In this document: one piece after another, positions 40,401 to 49,353 of the stretch | Layout: the number at the start of each line of letters is the position of its first letter | How positions within the stretch are numbered: the stretch's first letter is position 1 | Assembly: GCA_965223325.1 (NCBI GenBank) | Contig: CBDCWI010000002.1 | Location: 3,456,001 to 3,520,000, forward strand | Direction of reading: 5' to 3' | Length of the DNA: 64,000 bases | Origin: Candidatus Multivoradales bacterium | GTDB taxonomy: Bacteria > Acidobacteriota > Thermoanaerobaculia > Multivoradales > Multivoraceae | Made by a program: the position numbers and the translations under genes | Notes under the pieces: model-generated | What the model saw: only the letters and a program-made list of their open reading frames with translations | Told to the model about the DNA's origin: nothing | The model's database searches: none

Positions 40401-40647
40401 GGAGACCGGGAAGGACGTCGTGGCTCGTGCCTCGGTGAAAAACGAGCGCCGGGCCCCACTCCTGCTGCCACTCGTCGACGTCGTACTTCGGCAGCGGGTC
40501 GATGACGTGCAGCGTTGCGGCGTTCTGGCGGCAGTATCCGAGCAGCTCCCGCGTTTGCAGACCGCCGTCAGAACCGATTTCAACCAGAACTTTGGGCGAC
40601 GTCGCCTCGAGCAGCGGCTCGGTGACGGTCTTCCAGAACCTTCTCAT
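37405..40647 (-). CDS. Multidomain glycan synthase: methyltransferase - coiled coil - GT2 - GT4
   Basis: VEIGSDGG..DGDHNWY..LHD (MTase), E/R/L-rich heptads ending SRSW, VVCVHNA..VDDGS..LLNSD..GYGEENDY (GT2), AFGRTGLEAMACG (GT4). Confidence 0.88.
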   Translation of the reverse strand: MRRFWKTVTEPLLEATSPKVLVEIGSDGGLQTRELLGYCRQNAATLHVIDPLPKYDVDEWQQEWGPALVFHRGTSHDVLPGLPACDVALVDGDHNWYTVFHELRLLHEISQRAGVPFPVVLLHDVGWPYGRRDLYYEPDRIPELDRQPFARRGVHPDHPLLVDAGGLNGHLHHAAVEGGERNGVLTAVEDFLAGTQCDIRFRVVRGLHGLAVLLPEERLRTSPALAAFAERLDSRETREAIIETIESERIRVEIGRQRERQRREQMAADSKEIAVRDTDMRRILRQLADELASRREDERELRAALAAANEKLQRQKRELEEYIDRHRLAARALRKVRREKSEYSKAYERRKGKERRLEQQLRAIYESRSWLLIGKLRGLRNRVQGLFRPLSVAPASTSTSTSTSTATAPGPRVAPESIAGARSVDELTVDVVVCVHNALEDVTACLESLVRNTRRQYTLYIVDDGSDMETAEYLRGFATRHESQLLRSDRATGYTRAANRGLRASEADWVVLLNSDVVVPFGWLDRMVEAGASSGKLGVVGPLSNAASYQSVPKRFDEAGDWAVNELPEGLGVNGMDDVVKRASARARPRMPFLNGFCFMIRRELLDRIGLLDEESFPRGYGEENDYCLRARAEGFELAVVDDVFVFHAKSKSYSHERRRELASSSRQAFDEKHGAEVIKQASEFMRHNPEMAKVRARIQEALGRIDRAAPIAGAGVDPDPEAMSVLFILPVSRGGGGVHSIVQEALGMRALGAAARIAVPKQHRHWFLDNYPSVPADLFVGFQGIDELARLARQATHAVATIFTSVKLLEQLSRSFPDLGLGYYVQDYEPRIVAHDPNLEREARLSYSRVPRSQLFAKTDWIRAKVFEEHGVPVAKVTPSIDHSVYNPRGREPATGAVRVAAMLRPSTPRRNAEGTLEVLRAIAREYPSGVEVLTFGLPVDDPIYEAATDGTFERCGVMTREGVAGLLQRSDVFVDLSHYQAFGRTGLEAMACGCAVIVPKAGGASEYAIDGDTALVVDTADRSACLSALQRLVEDGDLRKLLAARGQRIAARFTIEAAAASELRVLGQQSRAAGRASA
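39437..39464. repeat. (GATGTG)4+ in-frame microsatellite encoding an STSTSTST linker
   Basis: GATGTGGATGTGGATGTGGATGTGGATG. Confidence 0.85.
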
Positions 40648-40656
40648 GCCACGGTT

Positions 40657-42114
40657 CTACTCGACATAGCCGAGCGCCTCGAGTTCGCGGCGCTCCTCTT
40701 CGGAGTAGTCGCGTCCTGTATTGTCGCGGACCGTCACCGACGGCTTCCCCATTTCTTGATGGATGAACGCGAGGTCGCGCTTGAAAGCTGTTTCGAGATC
40801 TTGATCCCCTCCGGGGAGTCCCAGTAGTTGCTGACCATCCATGTGCGCCAGTTGTGAGGCATGGGGAACCTCATACTGGAAAATCACTTGCCGATCCTCG
40901 CGCAGCAGCGTGACTCCCGAAACCCAGGTCGGGTCGTGCCGAACATGCTCGGAGATCGCGAAAGGGGGATCTCCGTTGTCAGGGGTCGGTGGAGCCAGGA
41001 AGAGAGCCGTTTGGTCGACACCGTCGAGACCATCCGGAACTTCTATGTCGGCAAGGGTTCCGAGGGTGGGGAACAGATCGATCTGCTCGATGATGGTCTC
41101 CTCGAATCGCGGCCCGGCGCCCATGTTTCGAGCCCGAAGCGCCACGGGCAAGCGCACGACCAGGGGTATGCGCACGACTTCTTGGTGAAGTGAATGGCCG
41201 TGCGCCCAGCCACCGCGGTCATAGAGCTCTTCGCCGTGATCGGCCGTCACGATGATCAGAAAGTCGTCGAACTGCCCGGCGTCCCGCAACGTTTCGAAGA
41301 GGTGCGCAACATGGTCACCGTCGAAATAGGCGAGTTCTGTGTCATAAAGCGCCCGCGCCTCTTCAATGTCAGCGGGAGTGAGATCGCTCCGCTTCTTGTA
41401 GGTGAGCACGCTGAAGTCGACCGTGCTGTCGGTCGTCGGAAAACGGTCCCGGTAATGCGCGGCCTTGCCCTTCTTGATCACGTAAGGGTCGTGCGGCCCG
41501 ATGAAGTGAACGTAAGCGAAAACCTTGTCGGCTTCGTCGAGGTCGCTGAACCACTTTCGAAAGTGGCGTGCCGCTGGCTTGAGGCGGCCGTAGACTTCGA
41601 ACCCTCGGCCGAAGCCTTGTTGTTCCGAGATGTGCGAGTTTTCGACAAAGCCAGCGGTCCTCCAGCCCGCATCTGTGAACGCCTGGCCAAGGCTCGGCAC
41701 GTCGCTCGGAAAGCTCACCGTGCGCTCCTCTTTCGTGCCATCAGGAAGCACCATGTGCCGGCCGACGGTGACGCCGTGGTGGCGCGGGTAGAGCCCCGAA
41801 AAAAGCGAAGCGACCGAGGGCTTGGTCCAGTTCGCCTGGGCAAATGCGCGCGTAAAGACGACTCCCTCGGCTGCCAACGCGTCGATTGTCGGAGTGGTTG
41901 GCCGCGGATAGCCATACACGCCGAAGTGATCTGGCCGCGCGCAGTCGATCGACACCAGGAGGATTTTCTCGACCGGGCTCTCGATTTGGGCAGCCGGCTC
42001 TACCATCCCCCGCCCTTCTCCCGCAGGCGGCGCCGGCGAGCAGGCCAGCGGGAGCGAGGCCATCGCAACCAACAGGCCAGTGGACCGCGGGCGGCTGAAG
42101 AAGCGGGGGATCAC
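40657..42114 (-). CDS. Sulfatase-like lipoprotein
   Basis: PLAC lipobox, ILLVSIDCARPDH, WTKPSVASLFSG, HFIGPHDPY, TADHGEE, ELEALGYVE. Confidence 0.87.
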   Translation of the reverse strand: MIPRFFSRPRSTGLLVAMASLPLACSPAPPAGEGRGMVEPAAQIESPVEKILLVSIDCARPDHFGVYGYPRPTTPTIDALAAEGVVFTRAFAQANWTKPSVASLFSGLYPRHHGVTVGRHMVLPDGTKEERTVSFPSDVPSLGQAFTDAGWRTAGFVENSHISEQQGFGRGFEVYGRLKPAARHFRKWFSDLDEADKVFAYVHFIGPHDPYVIKKGKAAHYRDRFPTTDSTVDFSVLTYKKRSDLTPADIEEARALYDTELAYFDGDHVAHLFETLRDAGQFDDFLIIVTADHGEELYDRGGWAHGHSLHQEVVRIPLVVRLPVALRARNMGAGPRFEETIIEQIDLFPTLGTLADIEVPDGLDGVDQTALFLAPPTPDNGDPPFAISEHVRHDPTWVSGVTLLREDRQVIFQYEVPHASQLAHMDGQQLLGLPGGDQDLETAFKRDLAFIHQEMGKPSVTVRDNTGRDYSEEERRELEALGYVE

Positions 42115-42197
42115 GGGGGTCCTATCGGGACGTTTGCCCGATGCATTGGGGGCGTCTTGACGGATTCTGGATGGAAGCAGCAGGGCCAGGACTGTGG

Positions 42198-43514
42198 CTA
42201 GCCAGCCGAAAGCAAGGAAAAATACTGCGCCGCCATGCTAGCGCAGTCCTCCAGTTCGATGCGCTGAACTCGCTCGACGCCAGTCAGCCACTTCTCCCGA
42301 TTGCCAACAAGCGACTTGATCTGTGCAAGCACATCCTCAGGAGCCGTTGGGGATACCGTCCACCCTCCGCCGGTTTCGATGATGCGTTCACCGACCGCCC
42401 CACGATCACTGGCGAGCACGGGGACGCCGAGGGCTAAGACTTCTGTCAGTGTGTGGCTCCAGGTTTCGGACCAGATGGGGAGAAGAATCGCCAGGCTGGG
42501 CTGAATCCGCTCCACCAGCCCGGGAAGTTCTGTCGGCGCATAGGGCCCGTGCTCCACCATAACGCCATGGGCGGCGTAGCGGCTGAGCTCTTCACAGTGC
42601 GGGCCGAGGTGGTGAAGAACCAGCTTCGGGCCGCCGCGCAGGCTTTCCTCTAGAACCGCCGCCAACTCGTTGCTGCCCTTGTGTCGATCGAGCTTCCCTA
42701 GGGTCACGATCCGGATGGTCTCGCCCGCTACCGGTGGCGCCGCGAGATCGTGGCGCTCGAGATCGCGGCCATGCGGAATCCGGTGGATACGATCGGCGAG
42801 CGACGGCAGGCTGCGGGCAAGAATCTCTTGCGACGACCATGAGGTCACAACAACCGCCGAAACCTGCGCGAGGGCTTCCTCTACTTCCTGGACCCACTGT
42901 GCCCGGTAGCCCGACTTGAGAACCGGCAACCCTTCGAGCCAGGGCACCGGAAGTTGGCACTGGCCTCGCCCTTCGGTGCACTGACCACCGCAATCCCTGG
43001 CCTGGTCGTCGAGCAATACGAAGCTCGGACACACCAGATAGTGGTCGTGGGCCGACACGACGACGCGCACCCCGCGCTCGGCGCACAGGTCGAGCAGGTC
43101 GAAGGTGTGCGCGAGCAGGTGCCTGAGGTGCACCGCGTTGGGCCTTGTGGCATCGAGAACCCCACGGTAGAGCTCGCGAAAATCGGCGCGGCGATGGTCC
43201 GTCGCCTGCCAGGGTCGTCGATGGTGGAAGGCTCGATCAACCGCGCGACCCTTACTGTCGGAGCCTTCGAGGACCATGCGAAAGGGGTCGGCCCGCAACA
43301 CTGAAGCGTCGAGTCTCGTTCCCAGTGCGGCCAACAGGTCGCGGCTGGTTCTGTCGACCCCACCCGGCGCATCGTGGAGAACGGTGAGCACGCGCAGCGC
43401 ATCCTTCTCGGCCCCAACCATCTGTGGCCGGAAATCGCGCTCTCGGCCAAGGAGCGTCTCGCGCAGCCTGCGCGCAAAGCGGTGCCGGCGACTTCCCCAG
43501 GCGAGCAGGTCCAC
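42198..43514 (-). CDS. GT4-family glycosyltransferase
   Basis: GGVD, HDHYLVCP, IPHG, HKG, SETWSHTLTEVLALGVPVLASDRGAVGERI. Confidence 0.85.
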   Translation of the reverse strand: MDLLAWGSRRHRFARRLRETLLGRERDFRPQMVGAEKDALRVLTVLHDAPGGVDRTSRDLLAALGTRLDASVLRADPFRMVLEGSDSKGRAVDRAFHHRRPWQATDHRRADFRELYRGVLDATRPNAVHLRHLLAHTFDLLDLCAERGVRVVVSAHDHYLVCPSFVLLDDQARDCGGQCTEGRGQCQLPVPWLEGLPVLKSGYRAQWVQEVEEALAQVSAVVVTSWSSQEILARSLPSLADRIHRIPHGRDLERHDLAAPPVAGETIRIVTLGKLDRHKGSNELAAVLEESLRGGPKLVLHHLGPHCEELSRYAAHGVMVEHGPYAPTELPGLVERIQPSLAILLPIWSETWSHTLTEVLALGVPVLASDRGAVGERIIETGGGWTVSPTAPEDVLAQIKSLVGNREKWLTGVERVQRIELEDCASMAAQYFSLLSAG

Positions 43515-43515
43515 G

Positions 43516-44361
43516 CTAGTGCCCGGAGAGTTGGGTCTGAAGGTGGGCGCGCAGCCCTGCGAGGGGGTCGGCTTCGAGGAACTGCGAGACGCTTCCCAGG
43601 TAGTCCGGGTGCCGCACTTTCAGGACCCTCAGGCCGCGCCACAACAACCAGCGCTTCTTCCAACCGATCGAGCGCGACCCATGGTGGAAGACATAGACCG
43701 AGTCAGCGAGGACATGACGCATCCCGAGCGCGGTCGCTCGCACGCAGAAATCGTTCTCTTCGCCCGCACCCTCCGGAAACGCCTTCTCGTCAAAGCTACC
43801 CACTGCCGCGAGCGCCGCTCGGCGCACGAAGAGACAGAAGCCGTGGCCGGTGGGGACTTCGGGAGAAAGCCCTGGGCTCCACTTCGCCACCAACGCCGCC
43901 ATGCGCGCGTCGTCTATCGAAATGTTCGGAGCCGGCCCGTCGTAGGGCACCGAAAAGGGGCCGGCGTTGTTCGACAGCGGGGTGACGGTAGCGATCTTCG
44001 GATCGGTCGCAGCCACCGCAACGATTCCGGCCAGCCACCCCTTCGTTACCCGAGTGTCGCTGTTGAGCAGCACCACATCGCGGTCGCGAGCGAGGGCGCA
44101 TCCTGCATTGATGGTGGCGGTATAGCCACGCCGCTGCGGATGAATGTGGAGCGCCCAGCCTGGGTTGCGGCGCCTGGCTTCTTCGAGTTGTGGTCGCGTC
44201 GAGTCATCGCGGCTCGCATCGTCGATGAGAAGAACCTGCTCGCCCTCGGCATGGCGTTCGAGCGCAGCGATACACTCCGCCACAACCCCCGGGGCGCCGT
44301 GGACTGGTACGACCACCGTCGTGTTGGCTACAGATGGGCTGCCTGATGAATCTGAGGGCAT
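43516..44361 (-). CDS. GT2-family glycosyltransferase
   Basis: VVVPVHG, IDDAS, LLNSD, TPLSNNA, GFCLFVRR, GEENDFC; ATG at 44361. Confidence 0.87.
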   Translation of the reverse strand: MPSDSSGSPSVANTTVVVPVHGAPGVVAECIAALERHAEGEQVLLIDDASRDDSTRPQLEEARRRNPGWALHIHPQRRGYTATINAGCALARDRDVVLLNSDTRVTKGWLAGIVAVAATDPKIATVTPLSNNAGPFSVPYDGPAPNISIDDARMAALVAKWSPGLSPEVPTGHGFCLFVRRAALAAVGSFDEKAFPEGAGEENDFCVRATALGMRHVLADSVYVFHHGSRSIGWKKRWLLWRGLRVLKVRHPDYLGSVSQFLEADPLAGLRAHLQTQLSGH

Positions 44362-44364
44362 GGA

Positions 44365-45123
44365 GTGCGCCGCCTCACCGACCTGATCCTCTACAAGACC
44401 TACGCTGACCTGAAGTCGGAGTCCGAGCGGACCTACGTCGGTTTCCTGTGGTGGGCTATCGAACCGGTCATCGCGATGGCGGTGTACTACGTGGTCTTCG
44501 AGCTGGTCTTCCAGCGCGACGTGCCCAACTATGTCACCTTCCTTTTCGTGGGTCTGGTGCCGTGGCGCTGGTTCAACACCAGCGTGATGCGCGGGGCGAA
44601 TTCGATCATCGGCGCGCGGGGCCTGATCCAGCAGGTTTACGTGCCGAAGGTGGTCTTCCCGCTGACCAACTTCGTCGTCGACACCATCAAGTTCCTCGTC
44701 GTTCTCCTCTTGGTGTTGATCGTCGTTCGCGTCGGCGACTTTCCCATCGGTGCGCCGTACCTCGCGTTTCCCGTGTTGCTTCTGGTCCAAGGATTGTTTG
44801 TTGTGTCGCTAACCCTCCTCATCGCCGCAGTCGCTCCCTTTCTTCCAGACGTTCGGATCGTGATCGAGAACGTCATGCGGCTCCTTTTCTTCCTCTCCGG
44901 CGTCTTCTACGACATCGGCGACATGTCCCCCCGCATGCAGGCCTGGTTTCGAATCAACCCGATGACGACCATCATCGAGGCTTACCGCGACATCCTCATG
45001 CACGACGAATGGCCGGCTTTCGGAGCGCTGGCTGTCATCACCGTCTTGTCGCTCATGATTCTGGCGCTTGCTGTCTGGCTGCTCCGGCGGCTCGACTTCG
45101 CCTACGCCAAGATCGCCCTCTAG
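44365..45123 (+). CDS. wzm: Polysaccharide ABC exporter permease
   Basis: GFLWWAIEP, six TMs, FFLSGVFY, NPM..IEAYR. Confidence 0.92.
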   Translation: MRRLTDLILYKTYADLKSESERTYVGFLWWAIEPVIAMAVYYVVFELVFQRDVPNYVTFLFVGLVPWRWFNTSVMRGANSIIGARGLIQQVYVPKVVFPLTNFVVDTIKFLVVLLLVLIVVRVGDFPIGAPYLAFPVLLLVQGLFVVSLTLLIAAVAPFLPDVRIVIENVMRLLFFLSGVFYDIGDMSPRMQAWFRINPMTTIIEAYRDILMHDEWPAFGALAVITVLSLMILALAVWLLRRLDFAYAKIAL

Positions 45124-45139
45124 AGTGTCTGAATCCGTC

Positions 45140-45946
45140 ATGCCTGACACCGAACTCAATGCGGACAGGGACTCCCCGGCGCCCGTGGTCGGCGAAACCC
45201 CTCACGGGCGGCCCATCCTGTCGCTCGAAGAAGTTGGCGTGTCGTATCGCCGCCGGCGGGGGCTCTTTTCGCGCCCGACCGATCTGTGGGCAGTGCGCTC
45301 AGTAACGATGGACATCTACGAAGGCGAAACCGTTGGCGTGATCGGCCGCAACGGTGCGGGCAAGAGCACTCTTCTCAAGGTGCTCGCCGGGATCATCAAG
45401 CCTGACCGCGGACACCTCGAGGTCCACACAGACCATCGGGTGTCCCTGTTGTCACTCCAGGTGGGTTTCTTGCAGTACCTGTCGGGGCGCGAGAACGTCT
45501 ATCTGAGCGGTCTCCTGCTCGGTATGACCCGCCGCGAGCTCGACGCCAAGATCGACGACATCATCGCCTTCGCAGAGCTCGATCAGTTCATCGATGAACC
45601 GATTGGCACTTACTCGGCGGGCATGCGCGCGCGGCTCGGGTTCTCGACCGCCTTTCACGTCGATCCCGAGATCCTCCTGGTCGATGAGGTGCTGGGCGTC
45701 GGAGACGCCGAGTTCGTCGCCAAGTCACAAGCCGTTATGCGCGAGCGCATCCGGTCCGATAAGACGGTGGTTCTGGTCTCGCACAGCGCCGCCTCGATCC
45801 GCGAGCTTTGCGATCGCGCCGTGTGGATCGACAAGGGGCGCTCTATGGCTTCTGGCCCAACCGAAGACGTTCTCGTCGCCTACATCGAGTCAACCAAGAA
45901 GGCCAAGACCAAGCCACCCGAAGAAGAAACCAAAGAACCGGGCTAG
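45140..45946 (+). CDS. wzt: Polysaccharide ABC exporter ATPase, no C-terminal CBM
   Basis: GRNGAGKST, SGRENV, YSAGMRARLGFS, LLVDEVLGVGD, VSH. Confidence 0.93.
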   Translation: MPDTELNADRDSPAPVVGETPHGRPILSLEEVGVSYRRRRGLFSRPTDLWAVRSVTMDIYEGETVGVIGRNGAGKSTLLKVLAGIIKPDRGHLEVHTDHRVSLLSLQVGFLQYLSGRENVYLSGLLLGMTRRELDAKIDDIIAFAELDQFIDEPIGTYSAGMRARLGFSTAFHVDPEILLVDEVLGVGDAEFVAKSQAVMRERIRSDKTVVLVSHSAASIRELCDRAVWIDKGRSMASGPTEDVLVAYIESTKKAKTKPPEEETKEPG

Positions 45947-45957
45947 AGGGTTGGGCA

Positions 45958-46977
45958 ATGCCTCGAAGTGAACGAGCGCCCGCGGCCGGCTGGACGATCG
46001 TCATCCCAACCCACGACACCCGAGAGCTCACCCTCGCGTGTCTCACAAGGGTTATGGAGGAAGCGCCTCAGGCGACCGTCGTCGTTGTCGACGATGGCAG
46101 TCGCGACGGCACGAGCGAAGCGATCGCGGTGGATTTTCCTTCTGCCCTGGTGCTGCGCAACGAAGAGGCACTTGGCTACACCGGTGCGGTGAACCGGGCG
46201 CTCGAGGGCGCCGCGGGTGACTACGTTCTGCTCCTGAATTCGGACGCCGTGCTGCTTTCTGGTTCGCTCGCCGCCGCTGCCGATGCCTTCGCGCGCGATC
46301 CTCGGCTGGGGATCATCGGCGCAGCACTCGAGAATGCCGATGGCAGCCCACAGTGGAGCGGCGGCCGGAAGCCGTCAGCGCTGTGGCTATTCGCCCTCGC
46401 CTCTGGCCTAGCGAAGCGCCTTGGGCAGAGCGGGCTCTACCGAAGGCTTCGGCCGCCCGGCGGTTGGAAGCGTGAGGCTGTTCCTGGGGCCGATAAAACG
46501 GCGCCTGTCGACTGGGTCTCCGGGGCGGCGATGGCGATTCGCCAGCCGGTGCTCACGGCGCTTGGACCCCTTCCCGATGTCTACCGGTTCTTCTGCCAGG
46601 ACCTCGAATACTGCCTTCGGGCCGGGGTCTCTGGTTGGCGTGTGGCCCTGGTGCCAGCGTTTCGCGTACGCCACCACCTCGGCGCCAGCTCGGTCGCCGA
46701 GCTCGCCTCGGATGGCGGTCTGACTGGCGAGCCTGATGAGGATGCTCTGCGCTTTTCGATCCTCCTCGAAGACCTGGTTCGCTTCTCTGGTCGTGACCTC
46801 GGAGGCCCCGGCCCGCAGCAGGCGCAGCGCGCGCTGGCCGCCGGCCTGCGTTTACGCGGGCTGCTCGAGGTGTTCTTGGGGCCGACTCCGGGGTTCGAGA
46901 ACGCGGAACTGGATGTCATCGACCTGGCGTGGCGCCTCCGAACCATTGCCGAGAACGGCGCCGCGACAGGGAGCTGA
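45958..46977 (+). CDS. GT2-family glycosyltransferase (WbbL-like)
   Basis: IVIPTHD, VDDGS, LLNSD, VDWVSGAAM. Confidence 0.85.
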   Translation: MPRSERAPAAGWTIVIPTHDTRELTLACLTRVMEEAPQATVVVVDDGSRDGTSEAIAVDFPSALVLRNEEALGYTGAVNRALEGAAGDYVLLLNSDAVLLSGSLAAAADAFARDPRLGIIGAALENADGSPQWSGGRKPSALWLFALASGLAKRLGQSGLYRRLRPPGGWKREAVPGADKTAPVDWVSGAAMAIRQPVLTALGPLPDVYRFFCQDLEYCLRAGVSGWRVALVPAFRVRHHLGASSVAELASDGGLTGEPDEDALRFSILLEDLVRFSGRDLGGPGPQQAQRALAAGLRLRGLLEVFLGPTPGFENAELDVIDLAWRLRTIAENGAATGS

Positions 46978-47074
46978 CAGACGCCCCAGAGGCCTCTCAA
47001 GGTGGGCCTCGGCCGGAGAGCGGCCGGTCGCCTTCGGCTAGAATACATATGGGAACGCGCGCCCGCGGCAATTC

Positions 47075-48097
47075 GTGAGGCGCCTCATTGTGATGACTTC
47101 GCGTCCCCTTAGGACTCTGCCGAATCTCATGGATCTGCGCCAGGCACCCATCTTCAGCCACTTCAGCCGCGAGCACATCGTGGTCCTGGGCAAATGCGGT
47201 ACCCGGCGGCGCTATGCCGCCGGCGAACGCCTCCTGCCTGCTGAAGACGGAACCGTTATGGCGCACGTGATCTTGCGCGGGCGCGTACGCTTTCACCGCG
47301 AAACGCCCTACGGGCCCTTCGAGCTCACCACCATTGGGGCGGGAAACATGGTCGGCGAGATCGCCTTTCTCGACCCCACGATGATGTCGCTCGACGTCAG
47401 CGCCGAGACTGACGTCGACTGCCTGGTTCTCGACACGGCCAAGGTTCAAGAAGAAATGAAGAACGACAAGTTCTTCGACGTCGCCGTCTACTGGACGGCC
47501 TGGAAGAGCCTGTCGCTCAAGCTCCGCGACACCAACGCCAAACTGATGCGCTTCTTCTCGATCGGAGGTCCGATTCCCGAAGAAGAAAAAACGCCCCAGG
47601 ATCTCTCCGGCGAATTCCGCATCGATATCGAAGCCAAGCGTGCGGTCTTCCGCGAGCAGAAACTCTCCAACATGGAGATCAACTTCCTTGCGTCGCTTTC
47701 GAAGGCGCGGCGGTTAGCGCCCAACGAGGTCATCTTTCGCGAGGGCGACCCCGGCGACCGCATGTACCTGGTCGTCGACGGCCGCGTGATGATCAGCAAG
47801 GACATCCCGGGCGCCGGTGAAGAAGCCTTGGCGTTTCTCGAGCGTGGTGAGATCCTCGGCGAGATGGCGTTGATCGACGACGCCCCGCGTTCGGCCGACG
47901 CCAAGGCCGACGAGAACGGCGCCATTGTTCTCTCTGTACGCAAAGAGGTCCTCGAGAAGCTTCTCAACATCGAGAAGGTCTCCTCGTCGCGCCTGCTGCG
48001 CGTCTTGTGCCTCTTGATCTCGCGTCGCTTGCGTGACGCGCACGAGAAAATCGTCGGCTGGTACATCCTCTCCGGCGGCACCCACGCCTCCGCCTAA
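47075..48097 (+). CDS. Tandem cyclic-nucleotide-binding domain protein (start uncertain)
   Basis: Two cNMP domains: GNMVGEIAFLD and IFREGDPGDRMYLV..GEMALIDDAPRSADA; no HTH. Confidence 0.85.
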   Translation: MRRLIVMTSRPLRTLPNLMDLRQAPIFSHFSREHIVVLGKCGTRRRYAAGERLLPAEDGTVMAHVILRGRVRFHRETPYGPFELTTIGAGNMVGEIAFLDPTMMSLDVSAETDVDCLVLDTAKVQEEMKNDKFFDVAVYWTAWKSLSLKLRDTNAKLMRFFSIGGPIPEEEKTPQDLSGEFRIDIEAKRAVFREQKLSNMEINFLASLSKARRLAPNEVIFREGDPGDRMYLVVDGRVMISKDIPGAGEEALAFLERGEILGEMALIDDAPRSADAKADENGAIVLSVRKEVLEKLLNIEKVSSSRLLRVLCLLISRRLRDAHEKIVGWYILSGGTHASA

Positions 48098-48129
48098 GAG
48101 GTCTGCGGCGCGCATTCAGACGCCAACAC

Positions 48130-49353
48130 TTAGCGGCTCAAATCTTGGCGGCTCAGATCTACTGGCTTGGGCCCAACGGCGGCAGCGGCCGCGAGACACT
48201 TACCGACCATCGCAGCAAGCGGAAGCGAAGCGAGGTCTTCTTCGCTCGCCCAAACGGCCTCGTAGGGAACCTCGGCGACATCAGATCCTCCCGTCGTCCT
48301 GTCGGCAGACCACACCGCGGTGCATATCTCGTAAGTGATCTTGTGATTGGTGATCGAGTGCCGGGCTTCTGGTAGCCGCCGTATCGTCTCGCTACCTTCG
48401 GAGCGCCCTACGGCGCAGAAGCTGAACTTGCCGCCAACCCGACGTGCGAGGCGTTCGGCTGTTTCCTCGCTCGGCCAGAGACGTTCGGCCGCGACCTCAA
48501 CGTTGGGCAGCTCCCACATCCCCGCTGCGACGCCCTTCTGACGGCCCCCGCGAGCCGCCCGTTCCCGCGCTAGCAGGTACCGGCCGCTCTTGTCACGCAC
48601 CAGAGCCACAACGCGACGCACGAGTTTGGGTTCCGCGCGCTGTGGGCGTAGCGGATACTGGTCCACCGCCCCGATCTCGAAGGCGCGGCAGTCCTCCTTC
48701 AGCGGACATCGCCCGCAACGCGCCTTCTTCGGCCGGCAGATGGTCGCCCCGAGCTCCATCATCGCCTGCACGCTGTCGCCAGAACGTTTCCGGTCCAGAA
48801 GCCCGGTCGCCACCTCCTCGATGACGCGGCGACCGACCGCGCGCTTGGGGTTCTCATCGAGCGCCACCAGTCGTGCGATGACACGCTCTACGTTCCCGTC
48901 GATCGCAGCGACTGGTTCGTTCCAGCAGATGCTGGCGACGGCAGCAGCGGTGTACGCACCGACGCCCGGCAGCTCGCGCAATACCGCAACGCTACGAGGA
49001 AAACCGCCGCGCGCCACCAACTCACGCGCCGCTGCATGAAGCATTCGCGCTCGACGGTAGTAGCCGAGGCCCGACCACTCCGTCAGCACGTCGTCTTCAG
49101 TTGCCGTCGCCAGCGCGGCGGGATCGGGAAAGCGCTTCATGAACGATTCGAAGCGTTCGATCACGACTTCGACGCGCGTTTGTTGGAGCATCACTTCGGA
49201 TACAAGAACCGGCCATGGTTCTCGCGACGCGCGCCACGGAAGTTCGCGTTGGTGCTTCAGGTACCAAGTGAGAAGCTTGGCGCTACTAGCGTCGACTCGC
49301 TTGTTCAAACCCGTCGATACTCCTCGCAACGTGATCTCTGACGGTCGTGACAA
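48130..49353 (-). CDS. mutY: A/G-specific adenine glycosylase
   Basis: LPWR, SEVMLQQT, WSGLGYYRRAR, LPGVGAYTA, DGNV, C-x6-C-x2-C-x5-C Fe-S motif. Confidence 0.95.
   Translation of the reverse strand: MSRPSEITLRGVSTGLNKRVDASSAKLLTWYLKHQRELPWRASREPWPVLVSEVMLQQTRVEVVIERFESFMKRFPDPAALATATEDDVLTEWSGLGYYRRARMLHAAARELVARGGFPRSVAVLRELPGVGAYTAAAVASICWNEPVAAIDGNVERVIARLVALDENPKRAVGRRVIEEVATGLLDRKRSGDSVQAMMELGATICRPKKARCGRCPLKEDCRAFEIGAVDQYPLRPQRAEPKLVRRVVALVRDKSGRYLLARERAARGGRQKGVAAGMWELPNVEVAAERLWPSEETAERLARRVGGKFSFCAVGRSEGSETIRRLPEARHSITNHKITYEICTAVWSADRTTGGSDVAEVPYEAVWASEEDLASLPLAAMVGKCLAAAAAVGPKPVDLSRQDLSR

Noticed and set aside
44362-44790. N-terminal extension of the 43516-44790 ORF
   Set aside because: Antisense to wzm; GT2 similarity begins only after ATG 44361
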